Assembly (NCBI GenBank): GCA_041937175.2
Contig: CP166615.1
Location: 1,856,001 to 1,920,000, forward strand
Direction of reading: 5' to 3'
From: Limnothrix sp. BL-A-16
GTDB lineage: Bacteria > Cyanobacteriota > Cyanobacteriia > CACIAM-69d
Length of the DNA: 64,000 nt
The position numbers and the translations under genes are program-made. Below, piece after piece: positions 40,936 to 51,207 of this stretch; position 1 is the stretch's first letter, and every line of letters starts with the position of its first letter. Under the pieces are notes generated by a model. The model was not told the origin of the DNA. It did not search any database and was given only the letters and a program-made list of their open reading frames with translations.

Positions 40936-41123
40936 GGGCTTGTCGTCAAATGGCCTGCAATCCTGATGACCTCGTTCTTCAAACCAATCAGTCGTAGGGG
41001 CGAGGTTTCCTCGCCCATTCCCGTGATCCTTGGGTGTTCTCAGGGGTGGGCAGGGTTGTAGCGATCACCCGGGTTAGGGTTGGGAGACCCAACCCCTACG
41101 GCGATGGAAATGACGACAGGCCC
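40936..41123 (-). mobile_element. MITE-like element, family A shell, enclosing a GTAG-type REP doublet (40994-41099)
   Basis: Ends GGGCTTGTCGTCAAAT and GGAAATGACGACAGGCCC then TA; inside GTAG-GGGCGAGGtttCCTCGCCC ... GGGTTGGGagaCCCAACCC-CTAC. Confidence 0.7.
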
Positions 41124-41207
41124 TAGCCGGTTTGATTTGGTTGGTTTGATTTGGTTGACTGATTGAGCTTGGTTGACTAATTCTGTTTGTCTTTAACGCG
41201 GCGGTGA

Positions 41208-42041
41208 ATGGGCATGACTCAAAATTCCCCAATTCCGGTAGTGGTGGTGGGTGCGGCTGGCAAGATGGGCCGTGAGGTGGTGAAGGCGGTGGCGGCTGCG
41301 CCCGATATGACCCTCATTGGGGCGGTCGATCGCGCACCGGAGCTAGTGGGCCAGGATGTGGGCGAAGTGGTCGGTTGCGGCCCCTTGGAAGTGCCGATTT
41401 TGGATCAACTAGAAGCGACTTTGGCCATGGCGGCCCAAGAGCGACAGTTGGGCGTGATGGTGGATTTCACGCACCCCAGTTCGGTCTATGAAAATGCGCG
41501 ATCGGCGATCGCCTATGGCATTCGACCCGCGATCGGCACAACGGGGCTGAGTGAGGAACAGGTGCGCGAGTTGGCGGAATTTGCCGACAAGGCCAGCACC
41601 GGTTGCGCCATCATTCCCAACTTCTCGATCGGGATGGTGTTGCTTCAGCAGGCTGCGGTTCAAGCCTCCCAATATTTCGATCATGTGGAAATCATTGAGC
41701 TGCACCACAACCAAAAAGCCGACGCACCCAGCGGCACGGCCCTGCAAACGGTGCAACTGATGTCTGGATTGGGCAAAACCTTCAATCCGGCACAGGTGGA
41801 AGAAAAGGAGTTGATTCCCGGTGCGCGGGGCAGCTTGGCCGGCGACAATATCAATGTTCACAGCGTGCGCTTGCCGGGTTTAATCGCTCACCAGGAGGTG
41901 ATCTTCGGTGCGCCGGGCCAAATCTACACGCTGCGCCACGACACGAGCGATCGGGCTTGTTATATGCCCGGTGTGTTGCTGACGATTCGGAAGCTGATTG
42001 ACCTGAAGTGCTTGGTTTATGGTCTCGAAAAACTGCTGTAA
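41208..42041 (+). CDS. dapB: 4-hydroxy-tetrahydrodipicolinate reductase
   Basis: [48 protein letters not shown]. Confidence 0.97.
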   Translation: MGMTQNSPIPVVVVGAAGKMGREVVKAVAAAPDMTLIGAVDRAPELVGQDVGEVVGCGPLEVPILDQLEATLAMAAQERQLGVMVDFTHPSSVYENARSAIAYGIRPAIGTTGLSEEQVRELAEFADKASTGCAIIPNFSIGMVLLQQAAVQASQYFDHVEIIELHHNQKADAPSGTALQTVQLMSGLGKTFNPAQVEEKELIPGARGSLAGDNINVHSVRLPGLIAHQEVIFGAPGQIYTLRHDTSDRACYMPGVLLTIRKLIDLKCLVYGLEKLL

Positions 42042-42119
42042 CAGCGCGACAACCTGATGTCGATCGGTCAAGTTCAATGGCTGTTGCCGTTACCCGATCA
42101 CTTGGCAGCAAGGGGCTTA

Positions 42120-42260
42120 GGGGGTGTCGTCATTGTTCGAGGTGATGCTGAAGCGGTTGATTTTCCGTCCCCCGTCGTTGTAACAAGGGGCTTAAGCCCC
42201 TTGTCCCTCACGATCTGCCAACGGTGGAATCAGGGTTTCAGGCGATTTGACGACAGGCCC
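42120..42260 (+). mobile_element. MITE-like element, family A (141 bp), TA duplication, inserted into a palindrome and carrying another palindrome
   Basis: CAAGGGGCT-TA-[GGGGGTGTCGTCATT...ATTTGACGACAGGCCC]-TA-AGCCCCTTG; internal ACAAGGGGCTTAAGCCCCTTGT at 42183-42204. Confidence 0.8.
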
Positions 42261-42367
42261 TAAGCCCCTTGTGAGGGCGACTGACGTTGCCCTCCGATCG
42301 CTGAACCCTGCCCACTCGCCTTAATGACTTCCTCAGAAACTTCCTCAGAACCACCGCCGAACAACCT

Positions 42368-43231
42368 ATGCTGGTTCCGCTCACCCGTGACGCTTTCGAT
42401 CGACTGATTCCCTCGATCGCCACCTATCCGCAATACCAATTCTATTGGGGGCAACCGGCAGACTTCATTCGCCGCCTGGCCATTTCCGTGGTGGGCATGG
42501 TGGTGACCTGGTTGGGGAGCCTGGCCACGGGCGATGCAACGGGCCCCATTTGGTTTGTGCTGGGGTTTGCGGCAGCGCTCTACTGGTTTTGGGCCCCCAT
42601 CTATTGGGCCAGCCTCCGCAATGGCAAGGTGCGCAAATTCGGCTATTGCGGTTTTTGGGAAGGGGAAATTCTGGATGTTTATGTGACCGAAGAGCTGGTG
42701 GGCCAAGAGGAAACGGTGAACCGCCAGGGCGAGTTGGTGATTGTGGAAAACCGGGAGCGTTGCCTCAACTTGGAAGTGGGTGACGAGACGGGATTTGAAA
42801 CCCGTTTGCAGGCTCCGTTGCGCCGTGAGCACAAGGGCATTCAGCCGGGAATGCGGGCCCAAACCCTGATTTTGTCCGATCGCCCTGACTTGAGCCGAGT
42901 GGCCCAGGTGGCTGATTTTTATCTTCCCGATCGCCGGATTTGGATCAGTGACTACCCCCTGTTGCAGCGGGAAGCCTTTGAGGAGGTGAGCCGGGAGCTG
43001 AGCGACCCACCGCCGAATCGTCGATCGCGTCGGCCCAGTCGTCCGGCCCCGAGCCAGGAGACCGGCTTAGCCCGCCGCCCGGATCCGCGCGATCGGGCCC
43101 TGGCCCGTTATGATCGGCGTGATGCCTCCGAGGGGCGCGGGCGGTTTGATGATCTGGAAGACGACTTTGAGAACAACGATTTCGAGAACTTTGAGGACGA
43201 TCGCCGCGATCGCCCCCGTCGCCGCCGATAG
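42368..43231 (+). CDS. Conserved cyanobacterial membrane protein with Arg/Asp-rich tail
   Basis: MLVPLTR..F..LIP..AT..QY..YWG, two TM segments, EETVN..GELVIVENRER..NLEVGDE.GF. Confidence 0.8.
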   Translation: MLVPLTRDAFDRLIPSIATYPQYQFYWGQPADFIRRLAISVVGMVVTWLGSLATGDATGPIWFVLGFAAALYWFWAPIYWASLRNGKVRKFGYCGFWEGEILDVYVTEELVGQEETVNRQGELVIVENRERCLNLEVGDETGFETRLQAPLRREHKGIQPGMRAQTLILSDRPDLSRVAQVADFYLPDRRIWISDYPLLQREAFEEVSRELSDPPPNRRSRRPSRPAPSQETGLARRPDPRDRALARYDRRDASEGRGRFDDLEDDFENNDFENFEDDRRDRPRRRR

Positions 43232-43531
43232 AACCTGAGAACAGCCCCAACGAAACAAAAAAGCCCAAGCCGTTGATCAAAGTCGATCAAAACAGACCCT
43301 GTTGCCCAAAATGCTCGCTAAATCCCAGGAACTGCTGACAGTTGGGTCAATTTGTCGGTTAGGGAATTGACGGAATGGGTTGAGCTTGGTATTCCTGATG
43401 TCAACATGAGCGTGCTTGACTGGCCCCAACGATCCCCGATCGCCCCTTGTCACCCGAAACCGCTCGATCGCCTAACCTCGCTGAATTCCGTCTTTTGGAT
43501 CCCTATTGCGCGTTAGCTCGTCGATCAGCCT

Positions 43532-44983
43532 GTGGAACCCCTATCCTTTTCCGATCCGTTTAATGGTGCGTCGTCGCCCGGGGTGACCCTATTTGGGCCG
43601 CCACATCTTGCGCCCGGGGCAATTGGGGGAGCGGATTGGTTGCCCCCAGTGCCGCCAGAAGAGATGGTCAGCGAAGTAACCGTCATGCCCGAGCATTCTG
43701 CGGACTGGCTGTTGCAGCAGTGGTTGGATCTGGGTCTTCAGCAGCTCGAAGCCAGCAATTATCCTGGGGCGATCGAAGCCTTTGAACGGGCCCTGGATAT
43801 CCAATCCGACTTAACCGTTGCTCGCCACGGCCGGGCGATCGCCCTGGTGGGAGCCAAGGCCTACGCCGAAGCCCTCCCGGAGTTGGAGGCACTCCTGCAA
43901 CAAATTCCGCACCAAATGGATCTTTGGGGGAACTATGGCCACGCCCTCACGGCCATGGAGCGCCACGAGGAAGCCCTCGCCGCCTATCGCCACATCCTGG
44001 CCATTGATCCCAACGTTGTCAACGCCTGGCTCGATTGTGGGCGGTTGCTGCAAACCCTAGGCCGCTGGAGCGAGGCCGCCGCCGCCTATGAACGGGCTTT
44101 GGAGTTGCAACCCACCGCCAGCGCGGCCTGGTTCGCCCGGGGACTGCTTCAGAAAAAGCTCGGTCAACGAACCCAAGCCCTCGAGTCCTTTGAGCGCACT
44201 CTTTCGATCGACCCCCATTGCAAGGAAGCCTGGAACTATCGTGGCAACTTGCTCGAAGATTTGGGCCGCACCCAGGAAGCCCGCGAAGCCTATCAACGGG
44301 CGATCGACCTGGATCCTCAATATGCCGAAGCTTGGAATAACTTGGGCATTGCCCTCGATAGCCAACAGGCCCACCAGGAAGCCCTGGAAGCCTTTCACCA
44401 GTCCTTGGCTAGCGATCCGAATAATCCCGATGTGTGGAATAACTGTGGCCTCACATTAGATAGCTTGGGGCAGTTAGGCGAAGCGGTGACCGCGTTCGAT
44501 CGCGCCTTGGCCCTCACCCAAAACAGTCACTGGAAATCCTGGGCTAATCGGGGCTGTGTCCTTTTGCGGCTCCACGGCTACGCGGCCGCCCTCAAAAACT
44601 GGAATCAGGGCATCGACTCCCTCGATCGCCAAGCCCCAGACTATGCCCTCGGTTGCGGCATTTTGCACTATCACAAGGGCCGGGCCCATGTTGATGAAGG
44701 CCAGCGCCACTCCGATGCCTTTCCCTACTTGCAGGAAGCGCGGCTCTGTTTTGAACAAGCCCTCAATTTCCTCACACCCGATCGCCATCCAGATTGGTAC
44801 TTGGAAGCGGCCCAAGGGGCGATCGACACGTATCGGGCCCTGGGTAATGCAGACCAAGCCCAAGCCCTGATGTATAGCGCCACGGAGCTGCTGCGCCGCC
44901 GAATGCGTGAAACGGACTGCACCAGTCAAAAAATGGCCCTCGCGAACAAGCTTGCTAGCTTCTACCAAAACGGGCGATCGTAG
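43532..44983 (+). CDS. Tetratricopeptide repeat protein (start uncertain)
   Basis: Multiple 34-aa repeats of the form W...G..L..LG...EA..AY.RA...DP. Confidence 0.9.
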   Translation: MEPLSFSDPFNGASSPGVTLFGPPHLAPGAIGGADWLPPVPPEEMVSEVTVMPEHSADWLLQQWLDLGLQQLEASNYPGAIEAFERALDIQSDLTVARHGRAIALVGAKAYAEALPELEALLQQIPHQMDLWGNYGHALTAMERHEEALAAYRHILAIDPNVVNAWLDCGRLLQTLGRWSEAAAAYERALELQPTASAAWFARGLLQKKLGQRTQALESFERTLSIDPHCKEAWNYRGNLLEDLGRTQEAREAYQRAIDLDPQYAEAWNNLGIALDSQQAHQEALEAFHQSLASDPNNPDVWNNCGLTLDSLGQLGEAVTAFDRALALTQNSHWKSWANRGCVLLRLHGYAAALKNWNQGIDSLDRQAPDYALGCGILHYHKGRAHVDEGQRHSDAFPYLQEARLCFEQALNFLTPDRHPDWYLEAAQGAIDTYRALGNADQAQALMYSATELLRRRMRETDCTSQKMALANKLASFYQNGRS

Positions 44984-45118
44984 CGATTGGTTGTTGGAAT
45001 GATTAATCACTTAATCGTAATTATTTTTGCAAGTTATTATTTGTAGTTATTGATTGTAAATTATTTAATTAATCAGCATAATCGCGCGATTCTTTAGCTG
45101 TTGTTCTGGTTTTTCAAC

Positions 45119-45147
45119 AAAAAAACTGCGATCGCTTGATCGCAGTT
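45119..45147 (-). terminator. Rho-independent terminator downstream of the porin gene
   Basis: Minus strand CTGCGATC-aagc-GATCGCAG followed by a T run. Confidence 0.65.
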
Positions 45148-45295
45148 CGTCAAAAAGGTGAGGATAAAAGAACGAGAAAATCATTCAAGAATTGGGCAAC
45201 GATGATTCCATGAATGATTGGGAATTGGGAACGATCGAACCATTAGCCCCAATTGATCGTTAAAACCCTGATCTTGGGTCAGGAGCACCAGGAAC

Positions 45296-46969
45296 CTAGA
45301 AACTGAACTCGGTGCGAACCACGCCCAAGACGGCCGTGTTGTTGTCGTTGCCCGTGTCCGCATTGAACACCGCAATCACTCCCGGCGTGATCGAAATGAA
45401 GTCGTTCACGGCCCAGCGGTAGAGTGCCTCCACGTGGATCGGCGTTTCATCATCCTCTTCCACGCCATCCGCACTGATCACCGTCGGCGGCTGACCCACC
45501 AACAGGGATCCCAGGTTGCCTTCTTTGCCCAAGTCGGGGAAGACCAAACCCACAGCCCAGTTCAGCACATCGATGCTGTCGTCGCTTTGGGCATCTTCCG
45601 CCTTGGTGTAACCGACCCAGCCGTTCAAGCCCACCTTAGGCGAGAACAGATAGTTCGCTTGCAGGCCGACACTGTTGCTGACGGCGGAATGATCGCCAAA
45701 GGGGTTGATCGTGCGGCGCGTGCCGGTGCGACCCAACAGGCCCAAATCTTCGTCGGCGTATTGGTAATCGTCGTTGGAGTAGTAGCTGTGGGCAAAGAAC
45801 AGGCCGGCGCTGAAGCGGCTGTCACTGCTCTTGTAGTTCAAGCTGGCGCTGGCGCTGTAGCTACCGCCGAAAAGGCCACTACCATCACTGGGGCTGGCGG
45901 CGTTGCCGGCCATGTAGGCGGCCCCGATCGACCATTGATCGCTGGGACTCCAAACCAAGCCCACCCCGGCATCGGCCGGTTGGCGCAACACGGGCGGCCG
46001 ATCGCCAAATCGCGACAGGGCCCCGGAACCATCGCCATAGAGGAAGGGGTTGTGGGTGTCGTGGATGTCATCCAAATCCAACCCGGTGGTTCCCACAAGG
46101 GCTTCCACCTTTTCCCCGATCGGGAAGCGATAGCCCAAATAGGTCAGGCTGACTTGGTTGCTGTCGCCGTCGCCATAGCTGAGGGAACCCAAGCCCGTCA
46201 CATCGTTCAGCGGGTTCTGAACATTGTTGGTTTCCAAACGGGTGGTCAGGGTGTCTTGGCCCGTGAAGCTGGTGTTGAACACCAGTCGCACCCGATTGCT
46301 GAAGGTGACGTTTTCGGCGTTGCTGTCGTCGTCATCGCCCGTCAGGGTTCCCCCTTGCAAACCGAGGATGGCGTTCCCGGTCAGCTTGGTGGTGGTGGAG
46401 AATTGGGTTTTCTCCAGGTAAGAAATCCGACCTTCCAGGGTGTCTACGCGACCGCGTAGCGCGGCCAGCTCGGTCTTGAACATGTCCTGCAATTTTTTCA
46501 GGACTTCTAGATCGGCCTTAGTGGCGTAGTCGGCCACATTGGTCACGAGCAATTCTTGGATTCGATCGAGGCAAGCATTCAAACCGGCCGCGAACTCGTA
46601 GCGGGTCATGGCCCGGTTGCCCTTGTAGGTTCCGTTGGGATAACCGGCAATGCAACCGTAGCGTTCAACCAGGGATTGCAGGGCTTGGAAGGCCCAATCG
46701 GTGGGTTGCACGTCCGACAGTTGCGATACGGAGGTGACCTGATCGGCGCTGCTGGCGCGGCGGTTGCGTCCCTCTTGGCCGTATTGGTTGAGGTCGTTGA
46801 TCAGCTCGCTGGTGTCGGCCACGGCCCCGATCGAGTCAGGATTGGCCAAGTCAGGGCTAGTCAAATTAACGGATTGGGCCAAAGCCGGCGCAGCGGGAGC
46901 CGCCGCCAACAGGGCCAGGGCAGCGATCGGGGTTAAGCGCGATCGCCAATGGAACCGAGACATATGCAA
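45296..46969 (-). CDS. Cyanobacterial outer-membrane porin (SLH + OprB-type), iron-uptake porin family
   Basis: QVTSVSQLSDVQPTDWAFQALQSLVERYGCIAGYP, FSTTTKL, C-terminal VRTEFSF. Confidence 0.93.
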   Translation of the reverse strand: MHMSRFHWRSRLTPIAALALLAAAPAAPALAQSVNLTSPDLANPDSIGAVADTSELINDLNQYGQEGRNRRASSADQVTSVSQLSDVQPTDWAFQALQSLVERYGCIAGYPNGTYKGNRAMTRYEFAAGLNACLDRIQELLVTNVADYATKADLEVLKKLQDMFKTELAALRGRVDTLEGRISYLEKTQFSTTTKLTGNAILGLQGGTLTGDDDDSNAENVTFSNRVRLVFNTSFTGQDTLTTRLETNNVQNPLNDVTGLGSLSYGDGDSNQVSLTYLGYRFPIGEKVEALVGTTGLDLDDIHDTHNPFLYGDGSGALSRFGDRPPVLRQPADAGVGLVWSPSDQWSIGAAYMAGNAASPSDGSGLFGGSYSASASLNYKSSDSRFSAGLFFAHSYYSNDDYQYADEDLGLLGRTGTRRTINPFGDHSAVSNSVGLQANYLFSPKVGLNGWVGYTKAEDAQSDDSIDVLNWAVGLVFPDLGKEGNLGSLLVGQPPTVISADGVEEDDETPIHVEALYRWAVNDFISITPGVIAVFNADTGNDNNTAVLGVVRTEFSF

Positions 46970-47110
46970 ACCTCACACGAAAAATCTAAGTCCATTGCAA
47001 ACTGAATTCATCCCCAGCCTTTAACCATCAAAAGCTGGCAGCAATTCCTCAAAATTACTGCCCTCCCAGGATCGCCAGCCAGCAGCTAAATTCCTGTGCA
47101 TTCATCAGAA

Positions 47111-47125
47111 AGATAATGATTCTCA
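47111..47125. promoter_or_regulatory. Fur box-like site upstream of the porin
   Basis: AGATAAT-G-ATTCTCA versus the 7-1-7 consensus TGATAAT-N-ATTATCA (2 mismatches). Confidence 0.6.
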
Positions 47126-47492
47126 ATCTGATTTATGAAAAGATAATTAAGCGGCGATGAATCAGTTTTGATCGTCATTCTAGCGAATTCTGGCTCGACC
47201 CAAGGCAGAATGAAGACAAAATATTATTGATGTAAGGCCTCAATAACGCAAGATAGATTCTGCGTGAAATTACTGAAATTGATAACTCGCAATTGCGGAA
47301 CAGCCCCAGCAGCACCACCACCCAGTGAGCAAACATAACGGGTTGCAAGGGCTAATTAACGGATGAATACGGATGAATTCTGATGCTCTGTGGAGCCGAT
47401 CACACCATTTCCAGCGATCGCCCCACTCAATCCTCATAACCCCGATCCAGCCCGTCGGCGGCCTTGGCCCTAGGGCAACGGCGCAATTGGCC

Positions 47493-49028
47493 CTAAGAAT
47501 TCTCGAGATTGTGGGCAGCAGCGCGATCGAACCAACGGAGCAACACGCGGGCTAACTTGCCCGAATGGTGGCGAATGAGGCCCGTGTGGGGATCTTCGTC
47601 AATGACGTTGGCGATCACGATTCGGCGACCCAGACGGGCCACCGCTTCTCGATCGAGCTGAATCGGGTGGCTATGTTCGCGGGCATAGCGATCGAGGGTT
47701 TTGGGGGATGGGGGATTTTTTTGCACCAACACGGCATCAAACAACTTTTGACCACAGGCCTGGTCGATCGCCCGGATGTGATCCGAAACGGTGTAGCCCT
47801 CCGTTTCTCCCGGTTGGCTCATCACGTTGCACACATAGATCCGAGGAGCTGGACAACGGGCGATCGCCTCCGTAATTTCCGGAACCAACAGATTGGGGAT
47901 TACGCTCGTGTACAGACTGCCAGGGCCAATGATGATGTAGTCCGCTGACTCGATCGCCTCGATCGCCCGAGGCACGGCCCGAGGATTGGACGGCGAACAA
48001 CCAATGCGGGCAATTTGCCCATGGGCCTCGCTGATGTTCGACTCGCCCTCCACGTAGCGGCCATCGGTTAGCTCGGCCCAGAGCACCACATCCTCCAGCG
48101 TGGCCGGCAGCACCCGCCCCTGCACCGCCAAGACTTGGGAACTGGCATCGATCGCCTGTTCCAAGTCTCCCGTGATGTCGCTCATGGCCGTCAAAAACAA
48201 ATTGCCAAAGCTGTGGCCCGCCAACCCGCTACCGGTGGTGAAGCGATATTGAAACAAAGCCGTCATCAGCCGCTCTTCCGCCGACAGGGCCGCCAAGCAA
48301 TTGCGAATATCCCCCGGTGGCAGCACCCCAAAATCGCGCCGCAGCCGTCCTGAAGAGCCGCCATCATCCGCCACCGTCACAATGGCCGTGATATTGGCGC
48401 TGTATTGCTTCAGGCCTCGCAACAGGGTGGAAAGGCCCGTGCCGCCCCCGATCGCCACAATGCGCGGCCCCCGATTCAGCCGCCGATGGGTCAAGAGGCG
48501 ATCAATCAACTCCTCATCCCCATCGGGCATCAGCACTTCCGCGATCGTGCCCAGGGTGCGTGTTTGTCCCCACAACACCAACCCCAACCCCCCCGCCAAC
48601 ACCAGCGGCCCAGAAACATTATTGGGAATTAGGGTGGCCAAGCGCCCCACAAACTCTTGCAAAAACTGAGTGGTGTAAAACACCGGGGTTTGCTTTGTCC
48701 AAATGGCCGCCCCAAACCACACCAACACCGCCCCGCTCGCACTGGTCAGCAGCCAGCGCTTGACCAACAAACCCGGTGCAAGCCACTTCACCCATTGGTT
48801 AACCCGTTTGGGGGCGCGGCGCTGCAAAATGGCTCGCGGTAGGTTGCTGAGCCAGTGAACGGTTGAGTAGGACAGTCGATTCTTCAAGGGAAAGGTGGGG
48901 AAAAACGGACAAATAAAGCCAAAGCAAGCAGAATCAACAACAAGCACTGGGCTACAACGGCGGCAACGGCAGCAGCTACCGGGATGCAGGGAAATTAAAC
49001 CATTGGTGGGGGATCGGGTTCTGGCCAA
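47493..49028 (-). CDS. YvcK/UPF0052 (CofD-like) gluconeogenesis factor; true start likely downstream of 49028
   Basis: [51 protein letters not shown]. Confidence 0.9.
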   Translation of the reverse strand: MARTRSPTNGLISLHPGSCCRCRRCSPVLVVDSACFGFICPFFPTFPLKNRLSYSTVHWLSNLPRAILQRRAPKRVNQWVKWLAPGLLVKRWLLTSASGAVLVWFGAAIWTKQTPVFYTTQFLQEFVGRLATLIPNNVSGPLVLAGGLGLVLWGQTRTLGTIAEVLMPDGDEELIDRLLTHRRLNRGPRIVAIGGGTGLSTLLRGLKQYSANITAIVTVADDGGSSGRLRRDFGVLPPGDIRNCLAALSAEERLMTALFQYRFTTGSGLAGHSFGNLFLTAMSDITGDLEQAIDASSQVLAVQGRVLPATLEDVVLWAELTDGRYVEGESNISEAHGQIARIGCSPSNPRAVPRAIEAIESADYIIIGPGSLYTSVIPNLLVPEITEAIARCPAPRIYVCNVMSQPGETEGYTVSDHIRAIDQACGQKLFDAVLVQKNPPSPKTLDRYAREHSHPIQLDREAVARLGRRIVIANVIDEDPHTGLIRHHSGKLARVLLRWFDRAAAHNLENS

Positions 49029-49084
49029 TGGCTACCGTCTCCTTCAAGCACGTATTCAAGAACGTCTTCAAGGACGTAGGCTTA

Positions 49085-49226
49085 GGGCCTGTCGTCATTT
49101 CCTAGGATCAGGTGGAAACGATTGATTTTCCATGTCCCAGTCGTTGTAACAAGATGCTCAAGCCCCTTGTCCCCCACGATCTGCCAACGGCGGAATCAAG
49201 GTTGTAGACGATTTGACGACATGCCC
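49085..49226 (+). mobile_element. MITE-like element, family A (142 bp), TA duplication
   Basis: TA-[GGGCCTGTCGTCATT...ATTTGACGACATGCCC]-TA; internally colinear with 42120-42260; palindrome variant at 49150-49169. Confidence 0.8.
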
Positions 49227-49603
49227 TAACATCTATGGATCCCCGTTGTTGGCGTTGATTGAGCCGGTGATTAGTCTGCTGATCCTGAATCCCGATCGCC
49301 CCAGCCTGGATCCGCAAACGGGCGGGCTAAAATGGCGAGCAACGGAATCAACCGTTTCCAACCGTCGTAATTTCCATGAGGATAGCGCGTTGCGGATTGG
49401 ATCCCGGGATGAGTAGCCCGCTCGGTGGGTTGGCATGGCTGGGAATGCTGACTGCTGGTCAGTCGGTCTAATTCGTGCTGCGAGACCAGTTCAACCCATC
49501 GATCGCAACCCATCGATCGCAACCCATTGGCCACAACCCATCAATTGCCAGACTTGCCGCGATCGGATCCAAAACAGCAAGCAATCACCCAATCATTCCA
49601 GAC

Positions 49604-50443
49604 ATGTCCCAATCCCTGGTTTGTGGCGGATCGGCGAACCCGCTGCCCCTTGATCGCCCCTTGGTGGAACTGCGCGGGGTCAGCAAAACACTGGGCGATC
49701 GCAAAATTCTCGATCGGGTAGATTTCGCCATTTATCCCAACGAGGCGATCGCAATTATCGGCCCCTCCGGCACGGGAAAATCAACCATTTTGCGGGTGAT
49801 TAGCGGTCTGTTGGAACCCGACGAGGGAGAGGTTTATTTGTTAGGAGAACCCCGCCAAGGCCTGCTGGGCGACAGCCACGAGCCGGAGGGGGTAGAAATC
49901 AAGTTGGTGTTTCAGCAAGCCGCCCTGTTTGACTCCTTGACAGTGGGCGAAAATGTGGGATTTTCCTTGCTGGAGGCGGGCCAGTTGCCGCCGAATGAAG
50001 TTCAAAAACTAGTCGATCGCGCCCTGGAGCGAGTGGGGTTGCCGGCCATTGCCGATCGCTACCCGGCGGAGTTGTCGGGCGGCATGAAAAAACGGGTCAG
50101 TTTTGCCCGCGCCATCATTGAAAATCCTGCTCCCGACGGCACACCCATTCCCGAAGTGTTGCTCTATGACGAGCCAACGGCTGGCCTTGACCCGATCGCC
50201 TCCACAATTGTGGAAGATCTGATGCGGGAACTGAGCCAAAAGGTCAATTTCTGCTCAACCTATGTGGTCGTGACCCACCAAGACAGCACCATTCGCCGCA
50301 CAGCCGATCGGGTGGTGTTTTTGTACGATGGGCGCATTCGCTGGCAAGGGAAGATCCAGGAGATTGACACCACCGATAATCCCTACGTGCGCCAGTTTTT
50401 CAACAGCGCGATCGAGGGGCCAATTCAGGTGGTTACCGCTTAG
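49604..50443 (+). CDS. ABC transporter ATP-binding protein, MlaF/Mkl/TGD3-like
   Basis: GPSGTGKST, VFQQAALFDSLTV.ENV.F, ELSGGM.KRVSFARA, YDEPTAGLDPI, NPYVRQFF. Confidence 0.9.
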   Translation: MSQSLVCGGSANPLPLDRPLVELRGVSKTLGDRKILDRVDFAIYPNEAIAIIGPSGTGKSTILRVISGLLEPDEGEVYLLGEPRQGLLGDSHEPEGVEIKLVFQQAALFDSLTVGENVGFSLLEAGQLPPNEVQKLVDRALERVGLPAIADRYPAELSGGMKKRVSFARAIIENPAPDGTPIPEVLLYDEPTAGLDPIASTIVEDLMRELSQKVNFCSTYVVVTHQDSTIRRTADRVVFLYDGRIRWQGKIQEIDTTDNPYVRQFFNSAIEGPIQVVTA

Positions 50444-50503
50444 TTAAGACTCAGGTTCAGTAGCTTCGATTGATCCAAGATTCAGCCAGAATTGGGAGTT
50501 GCT

Positions 50504-51019
50504 TTAATCCCAATCATCCACAGTTTTTTGCTGAAGTTGCCATTTTTGGAATCGTTTTTCAAAGTCTTCCGTATCCGGTTGCAAAGACTTCCAGGCATCC
50601 AGGGCAATGAACATTCCCCACCCCAAACCCAAGGTGAGCGACCAGCCCAAATGACCCGAGGAAACCAAGTCGATCAGTAATAAAAAACCGTTGACAATGC
50701 CAAATTTACCCAGGTTTAGTTTTAAGCGCTGCCGTTGGGCGGCTACGAATTGTTGGCGTTGCGATCGATCCCCATTTTGAGCCAACCAACGCTGTTCGGC
50801 TGCATACAAATCAGTGCGATCGATCCCGATTTCATCGGCCAATTCCAGAAGCTGACTGCGGGAATATTGCTCAATATCCTGGCGACGGGCGATCGCGAGT
50901 TGCAAAATTTCCTGCACCGCATCCCGATCGTAATTATCGCGGGTGGGCACATCGATGAAGCGGGAGTCGGAACCGCGTGCATCAGGATTGGCTAAGGGCG
51001 ATCGATCAGCGTTAGTCAT
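50504..51019 (-). CDS. 2TM domain-containing protein
   Basis: Y....VQEILQLAIAR...L.E.A.E.GI, two C-terminal TM segments (IVN.FL..ID...W...WG). Confidence 0.8.
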   Translation of the reverse strand: MTNADRSPLANPDARGSDSRFIDVPTRDNYDRDAVQEILQLAIARRQDIEQYSRSQLLELADEIGIDRTDLYAAEQRWLAQNGDRSQRQQFVAAQRQRLKLNLGKFGIVNGFLLLIDLVSSGHLGWSLTLGLGWGMFIALDAWKSLQPDTEDFEKRFQKWQLQQKTVDDWD

Positions 51020-51207
51020 AGGTGGGTTATATCTGGTCTTGGCCGTTGTTTATCAGGCGGGGCTGCCTGCGATCGGGCGATGAACTCGGCGATCCAAAAC
51101 TTCAGCAATCTCATTCGGCGATTTCAACCGAACTAGACGATCGAACTCGGCCATCGAACTACGAATCATAATATCGATGTTCCTATGGTACTGAGGTTGA
51201 TCAACCG

